DNA from: Macrostomum lignano
Lineage: Eukaryota
Length of the DNA stretch: 64,000 nucleotides
Assembly: GCA_002269645.1 (NCBI GenBank)
Contig: NIVC01000218.1
Location: 328,407 to 392,406 of the forward strand
Direction: 5' to 3'
Part shown: piece after piece, positions 1 through 13,559 of the stretch
Position numbering within the stretch: the stretch's first letter is position 1
How the letters are laid out: every line of letters starts with the position of its first letter
Made by a program: the position numbers and the translations under genes
Notes under the pieces: generated by a model
What the model was told of the DNA's origin: nothing
Database searches by the model: none
The model's input: only the letters and a program-made list of their open reading frames with translations

Positions 1-409
<409 letters not shown>

Positions 410-774
410 CTGTACAACTTTTAAGGCTTATTCTCCAACTCTTGCCATTCTTTCAGGCCACTTGAGTCGTCTGCAGTTCGAGCTGCCTTAAAACCCTTTC
501 CTCTCGACCACATTGTTTCATTCCTGCGGTCCCCCGCCCGCCTGCACTGCTGTGGCGCATCAGTGCGGAAAAGCTGCGAAAACAACTGTGGAACATAATA
601 ATGGGACAGACGCTCAGACATTTGCACTACAACAGAAACTTCATGAATAAAATGGCTAAAAGTCGACTGGCCTCTTCTGTTGACTACAAAAATGGAATGC
701 AATGTGTTACTGCGCTCGTAAAAGTAACAAAAAATTACTTAAAAAATAGTACTGCCAGAATAACTGCGATATAT

Positions 775-1012
775 AATGGATTGCTAATCTAACCAATACA
801 CACTGATGCAGGAATAGAATGGATTGCTAATCTAGCCAATACACACTGATGCAGGAATAGAATGGATTGCTAATCTAGCCAATACGCACTGATGCAGGAA
901 TAGAATGGATTGCTAATCTAGCCAATACGCACTGATGCAGGAATAGAATGGATTGCTAATCTAGCCAATACACACTGATGCAGGAATAGAATGGATTGCT
1001 AATCCAGCCAAT
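775..1012. repeat. 43-bp minisatellite (aatggattgctaatctagccaatacacactgatgcaggaatag), ~5.5 copies
   Basis: Period 43 (ttgctaa at 781 and 824). Shares its first ~22 nt with the 29-bp intron-3 satellite of genes A/A'. Confidence 0.92.
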
Positions 1013-2124
1013 CAAGTTACTTATAATAGGTTTTCCTTACGAGTTCATTACGAGTAGATTAAGAGGGGCACTTACTCAGCGCTTTGATGATACATGACTC
1101 TGTTTAGCGGGTAACTCATAGAAACTTCTCAGTTAATAAATCGATAACATCGAGACTGCATTGCGAACTTTTTATCAATACTGTAGGAAATTAATAAATC
1201 AATAAAGAGCAACTACGCTGTGGACAGTGAGTGGTGAAGCAACGAAACTCTCTAGAGAAATAGTTGAACAGATTGAGTTTTGTTGATTAATAAACCTTGA
1301 TCCGACAAGGAATATAAAGGGACATGTATATTTATGCATAACTGAGATTACATTGCCGCATTGAAAATACGGGATAAAGACATTGTGAGACTTAGAATGA
1401 GATTAAGTGAGATTCTTGTGTAAGATTGGTTTTGTTACACTAAGCTTCTTTAATGAGATTAGATTAGAAGAGGAGTTGAGATGAGATGAAGTGATATTTT
1501 TAAAATGAAATTAGATAAGATTTATTAATATTAGACTAGATGTAGTAGGATTAGCTGAGACTTACTGAGATTAAATTAGATGGGGAGATTAGATGAGATT
1601 TAAGAACAAATTTACTGATATTAGATGACACTCACTGAGATTATATGACTCTCACTGAGATTAGATGACTCTCACTGAGATAAGATTGCTCTCACTGAGA
1701 TTACACGAGACTTGTTGAGATTGGATAAGATTTATTGAGATTATATTAGATTATCGGGGCGAGATAGCGAGACCAAGGACCACTAGAAGATTACGTTACT
1801 TTATTAGTCATTGAATGAGACAAATCTAAATAAGGACTAGAAAGGGACATCGGTACGGAAGTTACAGGGGCTACTAAAAAGTAAAAAACATGCTAATTTT
1901 GTGACTTTTTATGCATCCATCTTGTCAATGAAAGCAAAAATAAATTTATTTAAACTACCTAAAGTAGTAAAATAGCAAATATTCAGCAAATAATTTATTT
2001 AAATCCGGAAAGAACATATGTACTAATTAAGTTTTTTATTCGACAGCAAAAATGCCCGTTTTTTAAACTAAAAAGGTACATTCTTATTGAAATGCTTATT
2101 AATACAGATCGCTATCGCTTTATT

Positions 2125-5100
2125 TTATATCCTTACTTCCCTCAGCAGCTTCATCGCCTGTCGAGTTTCGGTCACAGGAAGACGGACTCCAATGGGGCTC
2201 ATGCCGTACAGCAGGAACTCCATCTTGTACATCTCTATCTGGCTGATGTAGTGGAATGTGGCCGAAACCTTGCTGACGCAGCCGCGGTGACACTGCGTTG
2301 GTATTATTGGTAAGGCGGTGGATTGCTAATCTAGCCAAGATATGCAGAATGGATTGCTAATCCAGCCAAGATGCATAATGGATTGTTAATCTAGCCAAGA
2401 TATGCAGAATGGATTGCTAATCTAGCCAAGATGCATAATGGATTGCTAATCTAGCCAAGATGCATAATGGATTGCTAATCTAGCCAAGATGCATAATGGA
2501 TTGCTAATCTAGCCAAGATGCATAATGGATTGCTAATCTAGCCAAGATGCATAATGGATTGCTAATCTAGCCAAGATGCATAATGGATTGCTAATCTAGC
2601 CAAGATGCATAATGGATTGCTAATCTAGCCAAGATGCATAATGGATTGCTAATCTAGCCAAGATGCATAATGGATTGCTAATCCAGCCAAGATGCATAAT
2701 GGATTGTTAATCTAGCCAAGATGCATAATGGATTGCTAAATAGCCTACATGTATGAGGAATAGAGTATAACGTATTGAGATGCTCACAGCCTTAAACTTG
2801 AAGTAGTTGAAGGTGTGCATCCACTTGGGCATGGGCATGGCGCCCCAGCCAATCATGTACTCCGGTGTCAGAGGATGGAACCGCTCCAGGCCGCTCGAGT
2901 CGCGACTGTCAATGAACTCAACGCCAAGTCCTTTCAGACAGGAGCCTAAGGGTTGGTTCGAATGGGTTTGTTAATTTGAGCTGTCAGTCACCCTCTAGAT
3001 TTATCAGTACTAGATCTGTTTCACCCTCTAGATCTGTCACCCTCTAGATCTGTCACTCTCTAGATCTGTCACTCTCTAGATCTGTCACTCTCTAGATCTG
3101 TCACCCTCTAGATCTGTCACCCTCTAGATCTGTCACCCTCTAAATCTGTCACCCTCTAGATCTGTCACCCTCTAGATCTGTCACCCTCTAGATCTGTCAC
3201 TCTCTAGATCTGTCACTCTCTAGATCTGTCACCCTCTAGATCTGTCACCCTCTAGATCTGTCACCCTCTAGATTTATCAGTACTAGATCTGTCACCCTCT
3301 AGATTTGTTCTACCCTCTAGATCTTTCACTTTCTAGATCTGTCACCCTCTAGATCTGTCACCCTCTACACCTGTAACACCCAGCAACAGTCCCAAACCAA
3401 CCCAGCAAAATTCCCAAACCAACCCAGCATGAAATCCTCCGAGTGGCGCATCTGCCTCTGGCACGGATCCAATTTCGGATTTCGAACGGCCGCACTTAAA
3501 AAAGTTCGCAGTGCCCTTCGAGACAGGGCGTACCCGGCACCACCTGACATGTAGGGCCTGTTGGCGTCGCCGCTGTACTTGAACTTTCGGCCTACAAAAC
3601 TCGGCCTGTCAGGGTGCAGCGGGAGCAAAATCAATCTTAAGTTCTCCATCACCGCGAAGGTGTCATCGTCGGCTTTGAAAATGAAGTCGAACTGGTCCAG
3701 ATCGAAGTTCTTCTCCGCGTAGTCAAGAGACATCCACGTTTTCTGCCAGAGGTTGTCGTGAGTCTCCGTGACGTTCAGTCCTGAGTTCAGTGATGTGAAT
3801 TGGCAAGTGATTCGCCTAAAGATGTCAACACTAAGATATCACAGACACCAAGATTGGCGCTTCACAGACACCAAGATTGGCGCCTTATAGACACCAAGAT
3901 CGGCGCCTAACAGACATCAAGATTGGCGCTTCACAGACACCAAGATTGGCGCTTCACAGACACTAAGATTCGCGCCTCACAAAAACTAAGATTGGCGCCT
4001 CACAGACACATAGATTGGCGCCTCAGAGACACCAAGATTGGCGCCTTATAGACACCAAGATCGGCGCCTACAGACATCAAGATTGGCGCTTCACAGACAC
4101 CAAGATTGGCGCTTCACAGACACTAAGATTCGCGCCTCACAAAAACTAAGATTGGCGCCTCACAGACACCAAGATCGGCGCCTCACAGACACTAAGATTA
4201 GCGCCTCACTGACACCAAAATTGGCGCCTCACAGACACCAAGATCGGCGCCTCACAGTCACCAAGATTGGCGCCTCACAGACACCAAGATTGGCGCCTCA
4301 CAGACACCAAGATTGGCGCCTCACAGACACCAAGATCGGCGCCTCACAGACACCAAGATTGGCGCCTCACAGACGCCAAGATTGGCGCCTCACAGACACC
4401 AAGATTGGCGCCTCACAGACATCATCAATGGCGCCACACAGACACCAAGATCGGCGCTTCACAGACACTAAGATTAGCGCCTCACAGACACCAAGATTGG
4501 CGCCTCACAGACACCAAGATTGGCGCCGTACAGACATTAGAATCGGCGCCTCACAGACACGAAGATCGGCGCCTCACAGACACCAAGATCGGCGCCTTAC
4601 AGACACCAAGATTGGCGCCTCACAGACACCAAGATTGGCGCCTTATAGACACCAAGATCGGCGCCTAACAGACATCAAGATTGGCGCTTCACAGACACCA
4701 AGATTGGCGCTTCACAGACACTAAGATTCGCGCCTCACAAAAACTAAGATTGGCGCCTCACAGACACATAGATTGGCGCCTCAGAGACACCAAGATTGGC
4801 GCCTTATAGACACCAAGATCGGCGCCTACAGACATCAAGATTGGCGCTTCACAGACACCAAGATTGGCGCTTCACAGACACTAAGATTCGCGCCTCACAA
4901 AAACTAAGATTGGCGCCTCACAGACACCAAGATCGGCGCCTCACAGACACTAAGATTAGCGCCTCACTGACACCAAAATTGGCGCCTCACAGACACCAAG
5001 ATCGGCGCCTCACAGTCACCAAGATTGGCGCCTCACAGACACTAAGATTGGCGCCTCAGAGACACCAAGATTGGCGCCTCACAGACACCATCAATGGCGC

Positions 5101-8100
5101 CACACAGACACCAAGATCGGCGCCTTACAGACACCAAGATTAGCGCCTCACAGACACCAAGATTGGCGCTTCACAGACACTAAGATTAGCGCCTCACAGA
5201 CACCAAGATTGGCGCCTCACAGACACCAAGATTGGCGCCGTACAGACATTAGAATCGGCGCCTCACAGACACGAAGATCGGCGCCTCACAGACACCAAGA
5301 TTGGCGCCTCACAGACACCAAGATTGGCGCCGTACAGACATTAGAATCGGCGCCTCACAGACACGAAGATCGGCGCCTCACAGACACCAAGATCGGCGCC
5401 TTACAGACACCAAGATTGGCGCCTCACAGACACCAAGATTGGCGCCTTATAGACACCAAGATCGGCGCCTAACAGACATCAAGATTGGCGCTTCACAGAC
5501 ACCAAGATTGGCGCTTCACAGACACTAAGATTCGCGCCTCACAAAAACTAAGATTGGCGCCTCACAGACACATAGATTGGCGCCTCAGAGACACCAAGAT
5601 TGGCGCCTTATAGACACCAAGATCGGCGCCTACAGACATCAAGATTGGCGCTTCACAGACACCAAGATTGGCGCTTCACAGACACTAAGATTCGCGCCTC
5701 ACAAAAACTAAGATTGGCGCCTCACAGACACCAAGATCGGCGCCTCACAGACACTAAGATTAGCGCCTCACTGACACCAAAATTGGCGCCTCACAGACAC
5801 CAAGATCGGCGCCTCACAGTCACCAAGATTGGCGCCTCACAGACACTAAGATTGGCGCCTCACAGACACCAAGATTGGCGCCTCACAGACACCATCAATG
5901 GCGCCACACAGACACCAAGATCGGCGCCTTACAGACACCAAGATTAGCGCCTCACAGACACCAAGATTGGCGCTTCACAGACACTAAGATTAGCGCCTCA
6001 CAGACACCAAGATTGGCGCCTCACAGACACCAAGATTGGCGCCGTACAGACATTAGAATCGGCGCCTCACAGACACGAAGATCGGCGCCTCACAGACACC
6101 AAGATCGGCGCCTTACAGACACCAAGATTGGCGCCTCACAGACACCAAGATTGGCGCCGTACAGACATTAGAATCGGCGCCTCACAGACACGAAGATCGG
6201 CGCCTCACAGACACCATCATTGGTGCCACACAGACACCAAAATCGGCGCCACACAGACACCAAGATTGGCGCCTCACAGACACCAAGATTGGCGCCTCAT
6301 AGACACTAAGGTTGGCGCCACACAGACACCAAGATTGGCGCCTTACAGACACCAAGATTGGCGCCTTACAGACACCATCAATGTCGCCACACAGACACCA
6401 AGATCGGCGCCTTACAGACACCAAGATTGGCGCCTCACAGACACATAGATTGCCGCCTCACAGACACTAAGATTGGCGCCTCACAGACATCAAGATTGGC
6501 GCTTCACAGACACCAAGATTGGCGCTTCACAGACACTAAGATTCGCGCCTCACAGAAACTAAGATTGGCGCCTCAAAGACACCAAGATCGGCGCCTCACA
6601 GACATTAAGATTGGCGCCTCACAGACACTAAGATTGGCGCCTCACAGACACTAAGATTGGCGCCACACAGACACCAAGATTGGCGCCTCACAGACACTAA
6701 GATTGGCGCCTCACAGACACCAAGATCGGCACCTCACAGACACCAAGATTGGCGAATTACAGACACCATCATTGGCCCCACACAGACACCAAGATCGGCG
6801 CCTCACAGACACCAAGATTAGCGCATCACAGACACCAAGATTGGCGCCTCACAGACATCATCAATGGCGCCACACAGACACCAAGATCGGCGCCTCACAG
6901 ACACCAAGATTAGCGCTTCACAGACACTAAGATTAGCGCCTCACAGACACCAAGATTGGCGCCTCACAGACACCAAGATTGGCGCTTCACAGACACTAAG
7001 ATTCGCGCCTCACAAAAACTAAGATTGGCGCCTCACAGACACATAGATTGGCGCCTCAGAGACACCAAGATTGGCGCCTTATAGACACCAAGATCGGCGC
7101 CTACAGACATCAAGATTGGCGCTTCACAGACACCAAGATTGGCGCTTCACAGACACTAAGATTCGCGCCTCACAAAAACTAAGATTGGCGCCTCACAGAC
7201 ACCAAGATCGGCGCCTCACAGACACTAAGATTAGCGCCTCACTGACACCAAAATTGGCGCCTCACAGACACCAAGATCGGCGCCTCACAGTCACCAAGAT
7301 TGGCGCCTCACAGACACCAAGATTGGCGCCTCACAGACACCAAGATTGGCGCCTCACAGACACCAAGATCGGCGCCTCACAGACACCAAGATTGGCGCCT
7401 CACAGACGCCAAGATTGGCGCCTCACAGACACCAAGATTGGCGCCTCACAGACATCATCAATGGCGCCACACAGACACCAAGATCGGCGCTTCACAGACA
7501 CTAAGATTAGCGCCTCACAGACACCAAGATTGGCGCCTCACAGACACCAAGATTGGCGCCGTACAGACATTAGAATCGGCGCCTCACAGACACGAAGATC
7601 GGCGCCTCACAGACACCAAGATCGGCGCCTTACAGACACCAAGATTGGCGCCTCACAGACACCAAGATTGGCGCCTTATAGACACCAAGATCGGCGCCTA
7701 ACAGACATCAAGATTGGCGCTTCACAGACACCAAGATTGGCGCTTCACAGACACTAAGATTCGCGCCTTACAAAAACTAAGATTGGCGCCTCACAGACAC
7801 ATAGATTGGCGCCTCAGAGACACCAAGATTGGCGCCTTATAGACACCAAGATCGGCGCCTACAGACATCAAGATTGGCGCTTCACAGACACCAAGATTGG
7901 CGCTTCACAGACACTAAGATTCGCGCCTCACAAAAACTAAGATTGGCGCCTCACAGACACCAAGATCGGCGCCTCACAGACACTAAGATTAGCGCCTCAC
8001 TGACACCAAAATTGGCGCCTCACAGACACCAAGATCGGCGCCTCACAGTCACCAAGATTGGCGCCTCACAGACACTAAGATTGGCGCCTCAGAGACACCA

Positions 8101-10919
8101 AGATTGGCGCCTCACAGACACCATCAATGGCGCCACACAGACACCAAGATCGGCGCCTTACAGACACCAAGATTAGCGCCTCACAGACACCAAGATTGGC
8201 GCTTCACAGACACTAAGATTAGCGCCTCACAGACACCAAGATTGGCGCCTCACAGACACCAAGATTGGCGCCGTACAGACATTAGAATCGGCGCCTCACA
8301 GACACGAAGATCGGCGCCTCACAGACACCAAGATTGGCGCCTCACAGACACCAAGATTGGCGCCGTACAGACATTAGAATCGGCGCCTCACAGACACGAA
8401 GATCGGCGCCTCACAGACACCAAGATCGGCGCCTTACAGACACCAAGATTGGCGCCTCACAGACACCAAGATTGGCGCCTTATAGACACCAAGATCGGCG
8501 CCTAACAGACATCAAGATTGGCGCTTCACAGACACCAAGATTGGCGCTTCACAGACACTAAGATTCGCGCCTCACAAAAACTAAGATTGGCGCCTCACAG
8601 ACACATAGATTGGCGCCTCAGAGACACCAAGATTGGCGCCTTATAGACACCAAGATCGGCGCCTACAGACATCAAGATTGGCGCTTCACAGACACCAAGA
8701 TTGGCGCTTCACAGACACTAAGATTCGCGCCTCACAAAAACTAAGATTGGCGCCTCACAGACACCAAGATCGGCGCCTCACAGACACTAAGATTAGCGCC
8801 TCACTGACACCAAAATTGGCGCCTCACAGACACCAAGATCGGCGCCTCACAGTCACCAAGATTGGCGCCTCACAGACACTAAGATTGGCGCCTCACAGAC
8901 ACCAAGATTGGCGCCTCACAGACACCATCAATGGCGCCACACAGACACCAAGATCGGCGCCTTACAGACACCAAGATTAGCGCCTCACAGACACCAAGAT
9001 TGGCGCTTCACAGACACTAAGATTAGCGCCTCACAGACACCAAGATTGGCGCCTCACAGACACCAAGATTGGCGCCGTACAGACATTAGAATCGGCGCCT
9101 CACAGACACGAAGATCGGCGCCTCACAGACACCAAGATCGGCGCCTTACAGACACCAAGATTGGCGCCTCACAGACACCAAGATTGGCGCCGTACAGACA
9201 TTAGAATCGGCGCCTCACAGACACGAAGATCGGCGCCTCACAGACACCATCATTGGTGCCACACAGACACCAAAATCGGCGCCACACAGACACCAAGATT
9301 GGCGCCTCACAGACACCAAGATTGGCGCCTCATAGACACTAAGGTTGGCGCCACACAGACACCAAGATTGGCGCCTTACAGACACCAAGATTGGCGCCTT
9401 ACAGACACCATCAATGTCGCCACACAGACACCAAGATCGGCGCCTTACAGACACCAAGATTGGCGCCTCACAGACACATAGATTGGCGCCTCACAGACAT
9501 CAAGATTGGCGCTTCACAGACACCAAGATTGGCGCTTCACAGACACTAAGATTCGCGCCTCACAGAAACTAAGATTGGCGCCTCAAAGACACCAAGATCG
9601 GCGCCTCACAGACATTAAGATTGGCGCCTCACAGACACTAAGATTGGCGCCTCACAGACACTAAGATTGGCGCCACACAGACACCAAGATTGGCGCCTCA
9701 CAGACACTAAGATTGGCGCCTCACAGACACCAAGATCGGCACCTCACAGACACCAAGATTGGCGAATTACAGACACCATCATTGGCCCCACACAGACACC
9801 AAGATCGGCGCCTCACAGACACCAAGATTAGCGCATCACAGACACCAAGATTGGCGCCTCACAGACATCATCAATGGCGCCACACAGACACCAAGATCGG
9901 CGCCTCACAGACACCAAGATTAGCGCTTCACAGACACTAAGATTAGCGCCTCACAGACACCAAGATTGGCGCCTCACAGACACCAAGATCGGCGCCTCAC
10001 AGACACCAAGATTGGCGCCTCACAGACGCCAAGATTGGCGCCTCACGGACACCAAGATTGGCGCCTCACAGACATCATCAATGGCGCCACACAGACACCA
10101 AGATCGGCGTCTTACAGACACCAAGATTAGCGCCTCACAGACACCAAGATTGGCGCTTCACAGACACTAAGATTAGCGCCTCACAGACACCAAGATTGGC
10201 GCCTCACAGACACCAAGATTGGCGCCGTACAGACATTAGAATCGGCGCCTCACAGACACGAAGATCGGCGCCTCACAGACACCATCATTGGTGCCACACA
10301 GACACCAAGATCGGCGCCACACAGACACCAAGATTGGCGCCTCACAGACACCAAGATTGGCGCCTCATAGACACTAAGGTTGGCGCCACACAGACACCAA
10401 GATTGGCGCCTCACAGACACTAAGATTCGCGCCTCACAGACACTAAGATTCGCGCCTCACATGCACCTGCATTGGCGCCCCCAAGCATTAAAATTCAAGG
10501 CACAACAGGGGCAAAGGTTACTCATCCTGCTCACTCATCAAAGGCAAACTCAGATTGGTTGGCTGGCTGCCAACAAACACGTGCCGATTGCACCGCCTAG
10601 CCCAGGTGTTATTAACAGCCGTCGCTCTTGTCGCGTAGTTGCCAGGATGGGTGATAATCAGGCAGAGGATTCGAACTCGCTTGTACAGCTCGGCAGGAAT
10701 GTCCAGCTGAGGCGAGCTCAACGATTTTCTGCTGGCATTGGTCTGATTTCCCATCTCAGTGAGCTGCTGTGACCTCATCTGCGACCCAGCTGCATTCACC
10801 ATCACTCGGGCGCCGTCACCAAGCATTTTTGTAGTTAGATGAGCGAAATGAGTTGCCATGGCGCCAACAATGAGGCCGCAGATTAGTGGGAGCCATTTCC
10901 TGCTGCAAACAGTTGCCAT
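2125..10919 (-). CDS. C1GALT1: Core-1 beta-1,3-galactosyltransferase-like (T-synthase, GT31), copy A; 4 exons, 355 aa
   Basis: Exons (minus): 10919-10535, 3780-3424, 2945-2788, 2292-2125. All introns are GT-AG with consistent phases 1,1,0. N-terminal TM anchor (LICGLIVGAMA), VRILCLIITHP..NNTWARRCN, NLWQKT, FKADDDTF (DxD), YMSGGAGY, EDFML, DSRD..ERFHP, FHY..MYKMEFLLY match the animal C1GALT1 family. Confidence 0.92.
2320..2742. repeat. 29-bp minisatellite (aatggattgctaatctagccaagatgcat) in intron 3 of copy A
   Basis: Direct reading; paralogous array at 18605-18850. Confidence 0.95.
2990..3365. repeat. 16-bp minisatellite (tagatctgtcaccctc) in intron 2 of copy A
   Basis: Direct reading; paralogous array at 19090-19410. 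Confidence 0.95.
3835..10465. repeat. 23-bp satellite (caagattggcgcctcacagacac), ~6.6 kb, with higher-order structure, in intron 1 of copy A
   Basis: Period 23. Diagnostic variants recur at offsets of 758/804 bp and 3033 bp (identical ORF-track entries at 4038/7071 and 6128/9161). Confidence 0.97.
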
Positions 10920-11207
10920 GCCAACAACTATAGTTTACTGTCGTATCTTGAAGATGAATTTTGAAGAATTTTTGCGACAGCTGTGAGTTTAAATCTTTTT
11001 ATTATTGCGAAATTTAGATAAAAGTAGAACGTTAGCTCAAATGATAAGTGCTTGCGTGTGGGCTCAGTGCCATAGACATATGTGAGCCATGTATCGCGTA
11101 ATATTCATTTTTCAAATCAATATAACTCCCGCTTTCACAGACTGCAAACTTCCCAAGCTCGAACGGAAATTCACAAACTCAAACTAAACTTCACGCACTC
11201 ACACTTC

Positions 11208-11481
11208 AATAATAATGAAATAATTGATTACACTGTCCCAATTAGGCCAGGTGTGCAACCGACAGCTCAGCCAAAGCTACGGCTGTTCAGTCCAAGGACT
11301 GGGGGGTCGCCACACACAGCCTCAATCACCTCAGCTAATGCTGGCACCCATTTTACAGCTGGGTGAACTGAAGCAATGCAGAGTTAAGTGTCTTGCTCAA
11401 GGACACAAATTGTTCCGAGTGCGATCTGGAATCGAACCCCCGACCTTCAACTCGTGAGTTCGAGGCTACAACCCCACAAAA
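11208..11481 (-). mobile_element. tRNA-derived SINE with CORE/MIR-like central domain
   Basis: Minus strand has a box B (GGTTCGATTCC), then tgtccttgagcaagacacttaac...gtaaaatggg (CORE-like), then an ATT-repeat tail. A 7-bp direct repeat acacttc flanks it (11201-11207, 11482-11488). Absent from the paralogous unit near 21.1 kb. Confidence 0.72.
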
Positions 11482-11489
11482 ACACTTCT

Positions 11490-11985
11490 GCAAAACTTCA
11501 CAAACTCGAACAAAACTTCACAAACTCAAGCAAAACTTCACAAACTCAAGCAAAACTTCACAAACTCAAGCAAAACTTCACAAACTCAAGCAAAACTTCA
11601 CAAACTCGAACAAAACTTCACAAACTCAAGCAAAACTTCACAAACTCAAGCAAAACTTCACAAACTCAAGCAAAACTTCACAAACTCGAACAAAACTTCA
11701 CAAACTCGAGCAAAACTTCACAAACTCGAACAAAACTTCACAAACTCGAACAAAACTTCACAAACTCGAACAAAACTTCACAAACTCGAACAAAACTTCA
11801 CAAACTCAAACAAAACCTTCACAAACTCGAACAAAACTTCGCAAACTCAAACAAAACCTTCACAAAATTGAACTAAACTTCACAAAATTGAACTAAACTT
11901 CACAAACTCAAACAAAACCTTCACAAACTCGAACAAACCTTCACAAACTCAAACAGAACTTCACAAAATCGAACTAAACTTATAA
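11490..11985. repeat. 20/21-bp minisatellite (acaaactcgaacaaaacttc)
   Basis: Direct reading; paralog at 21125-22330. Confidence 0.95.
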
Positions 11986-12484
11986 ATTAAAATTCACCTA
12001 CTTTCACGTGAAAGTTTTCACTTTAGCGATTGGCAGACTTGCAGAAATAATTCTTCGCAGAATATCTGAAGTTAAAAAAAAGCTTGAATTGTCAACTTGG
12101 GAAGCTTCTGCATGTAAGGTAGTTGAAAATTCTTTTTAACAAAAAGCTGTCACGGGAGTACTGCATGGGCACATGGGGGAGGGCAGTGTACAGTTCCCTC
12201 ACTGACACCTGGGGCCCATGCTATAGATTTAAGAGCAAAGAGTAAGGAGTTAGGAGTCAGGAGTGCTCCTAGCAAGGAGCGAATCGATTTTGTGTGCTAT
12301 AGAGTTCAAGAATCAAGAGTTAGGAGCTAGGAGTTGTTTTAAGGAGTGCAGCATAGGAGTGAGGAGGAGTTCTAAGGAGTGTAAGGCGATTGGCTAAGGA
12401 GTCTGCCAATCTGCGTGCTATATTAAACTCCTAAATGTACGCACCCTAAGGAGTAATTATAGGAGCAATTCGTGAATTCAAACA

Positions 12485-12652
12485 ATGCAAGCAAACCAAA
12501 AAGTTGCGTTTGTTAAAGCGATTGCGGCTCGAAAGGACGTACTTTTCGGTGCCTTTTCGCCAACAATAACAAAAGCACTCAAGACTGAAATGTGGAGAGA
12601 GGTCATCCTTGAATGTCGCCAAGAGTTGATTCTCATTGAGCCGAAATCGTGA
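12485..12652 (+). pseudogene. Truncated Harbinger Myb/SANT-like (ORF1) N-terminus
   Basis: Manual translation MQANQKVAFVKAIAARKDVLFGAFSPTITKALKTEMWREVILEC resembles the ..K.VLFG.FS..IT...K...W.EI pattern of Harbinger-associated Myb/SANT-like domains. Confidence 0.65.
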
Positions 12653-12757
12653 CACAGTATTATATTCTTCAAAAAAGTTAATCCTCTGCTTAAATTGTCT
12701 GGGTCGTCGATCATTAGCTCCCTCATCGTCCGAGCCTAGCTCTCTGTCCGAAAACAT
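12615..12757 (-). pseudogene. Truncated Harbinger (HARBI1-like) transposase N-terminus
   Basis: RRPRQFKQRINFFEEYNTVSRFRL resembles the R..R.F..R....(F)..RFRL N-terminal motif of PIF/Harbinger transposases. No DDE core is present. Confidence 0.6.
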
Positions 12758-13559
12758 GAAAAAAGAAACGAATCACACGATCCTACTATAACCTAAGAGT
12801 GAAATTTGGCCCTTGAAGTCTTAACTAGGAGTTAGGAGCTAGAAATGAGTTTCGCTCCTTCTATGGACAGGCACTCCTAGAACTCACTCCTAAACGGCAA
12901 TTCCTAGCTCCTAGCTCCTACGCTCCGCTCCTCATTCTATAGCACGCGACAAACCTTAATGAGGTCTCCTAAATTCACCAAGGAGTATCCTAACGTCCTT
13001 AAGGAGCCTCCTAGCTCTTAAAATTTACTCTTGATTCTATAGCACGGAAAAGCCAGCTAGGAGTTAGGACACTCTTAAGGATTTAGGAGTTAAGAGTATT
13101 CTATAGCACGGGCCCCTGTGCTCTGTGGCACCGGACCCACCCCCCCCCCCACGGAGGAAGAGGGGGCTGAACCGACAAACCTCAGAAGCCCCCCCCCCCC
13201 CTACAACTTATAACTTATATTCGCAACTTGATATGCAGTTTTTTAGGTTATCGATTTTTTTTCTGTGCAAAAATTATGCAGAATTGCTTGCATACAGCAG
13301 TGCATAAAAGTCAAAAAATGAATTCTATTTCAAAGTGATAGAAAGTCAGCCGAAGTCGCAAATATGACGCTTCTTTTACTTGAGAAACTTTTCATGATTT
13401 TTCTCTATTAAACAATTCCAAGTGGCTCCTTTTATTACCAGGATAAAGGGAGGTTAAGACACCTGGAAATTGTGGGGGGCATCAAAATGGCGCCAGTAAA
13501 CTGGGAGCGCCAGTTCAATCAGTGCCAGAAAAGCGCTCCGTACATTGTAAGTAGGAATG

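Larger units (their letters stand above)
12212..13115. mobile_element. Non-autonomous, internally deleted PIF/Harbinger DNA transposon (904 bp)
   Basis: 16-bp TIRs gggccc(a/g)tgctataga (15/16 match) and 3-bp TSD CTG (12209-12211, 13116-13118). The empty paralogous site gacacCTGtgct is at 22527-22538. It contains convergent stubs of a Myb/SANT-like ORF and a transposase ORF. Confidence 0.9.

Noticed and set aside
1380-1760. Degenerate tgagattagat-like AT-rich repeats (also 17700-18150)
   Set aside because: Highly decayed low-complexity sequence with no definable period or element boundaries.
4038-10423. Many 75-228-aa ORFs (LAPHRHQD.. repeats)
   Set aside because: Translations of the 23-bp intronic satellite (23-aa period = 3 units), with non-ATG starts; they lie in intron 1 of gene A on the opposite strand.
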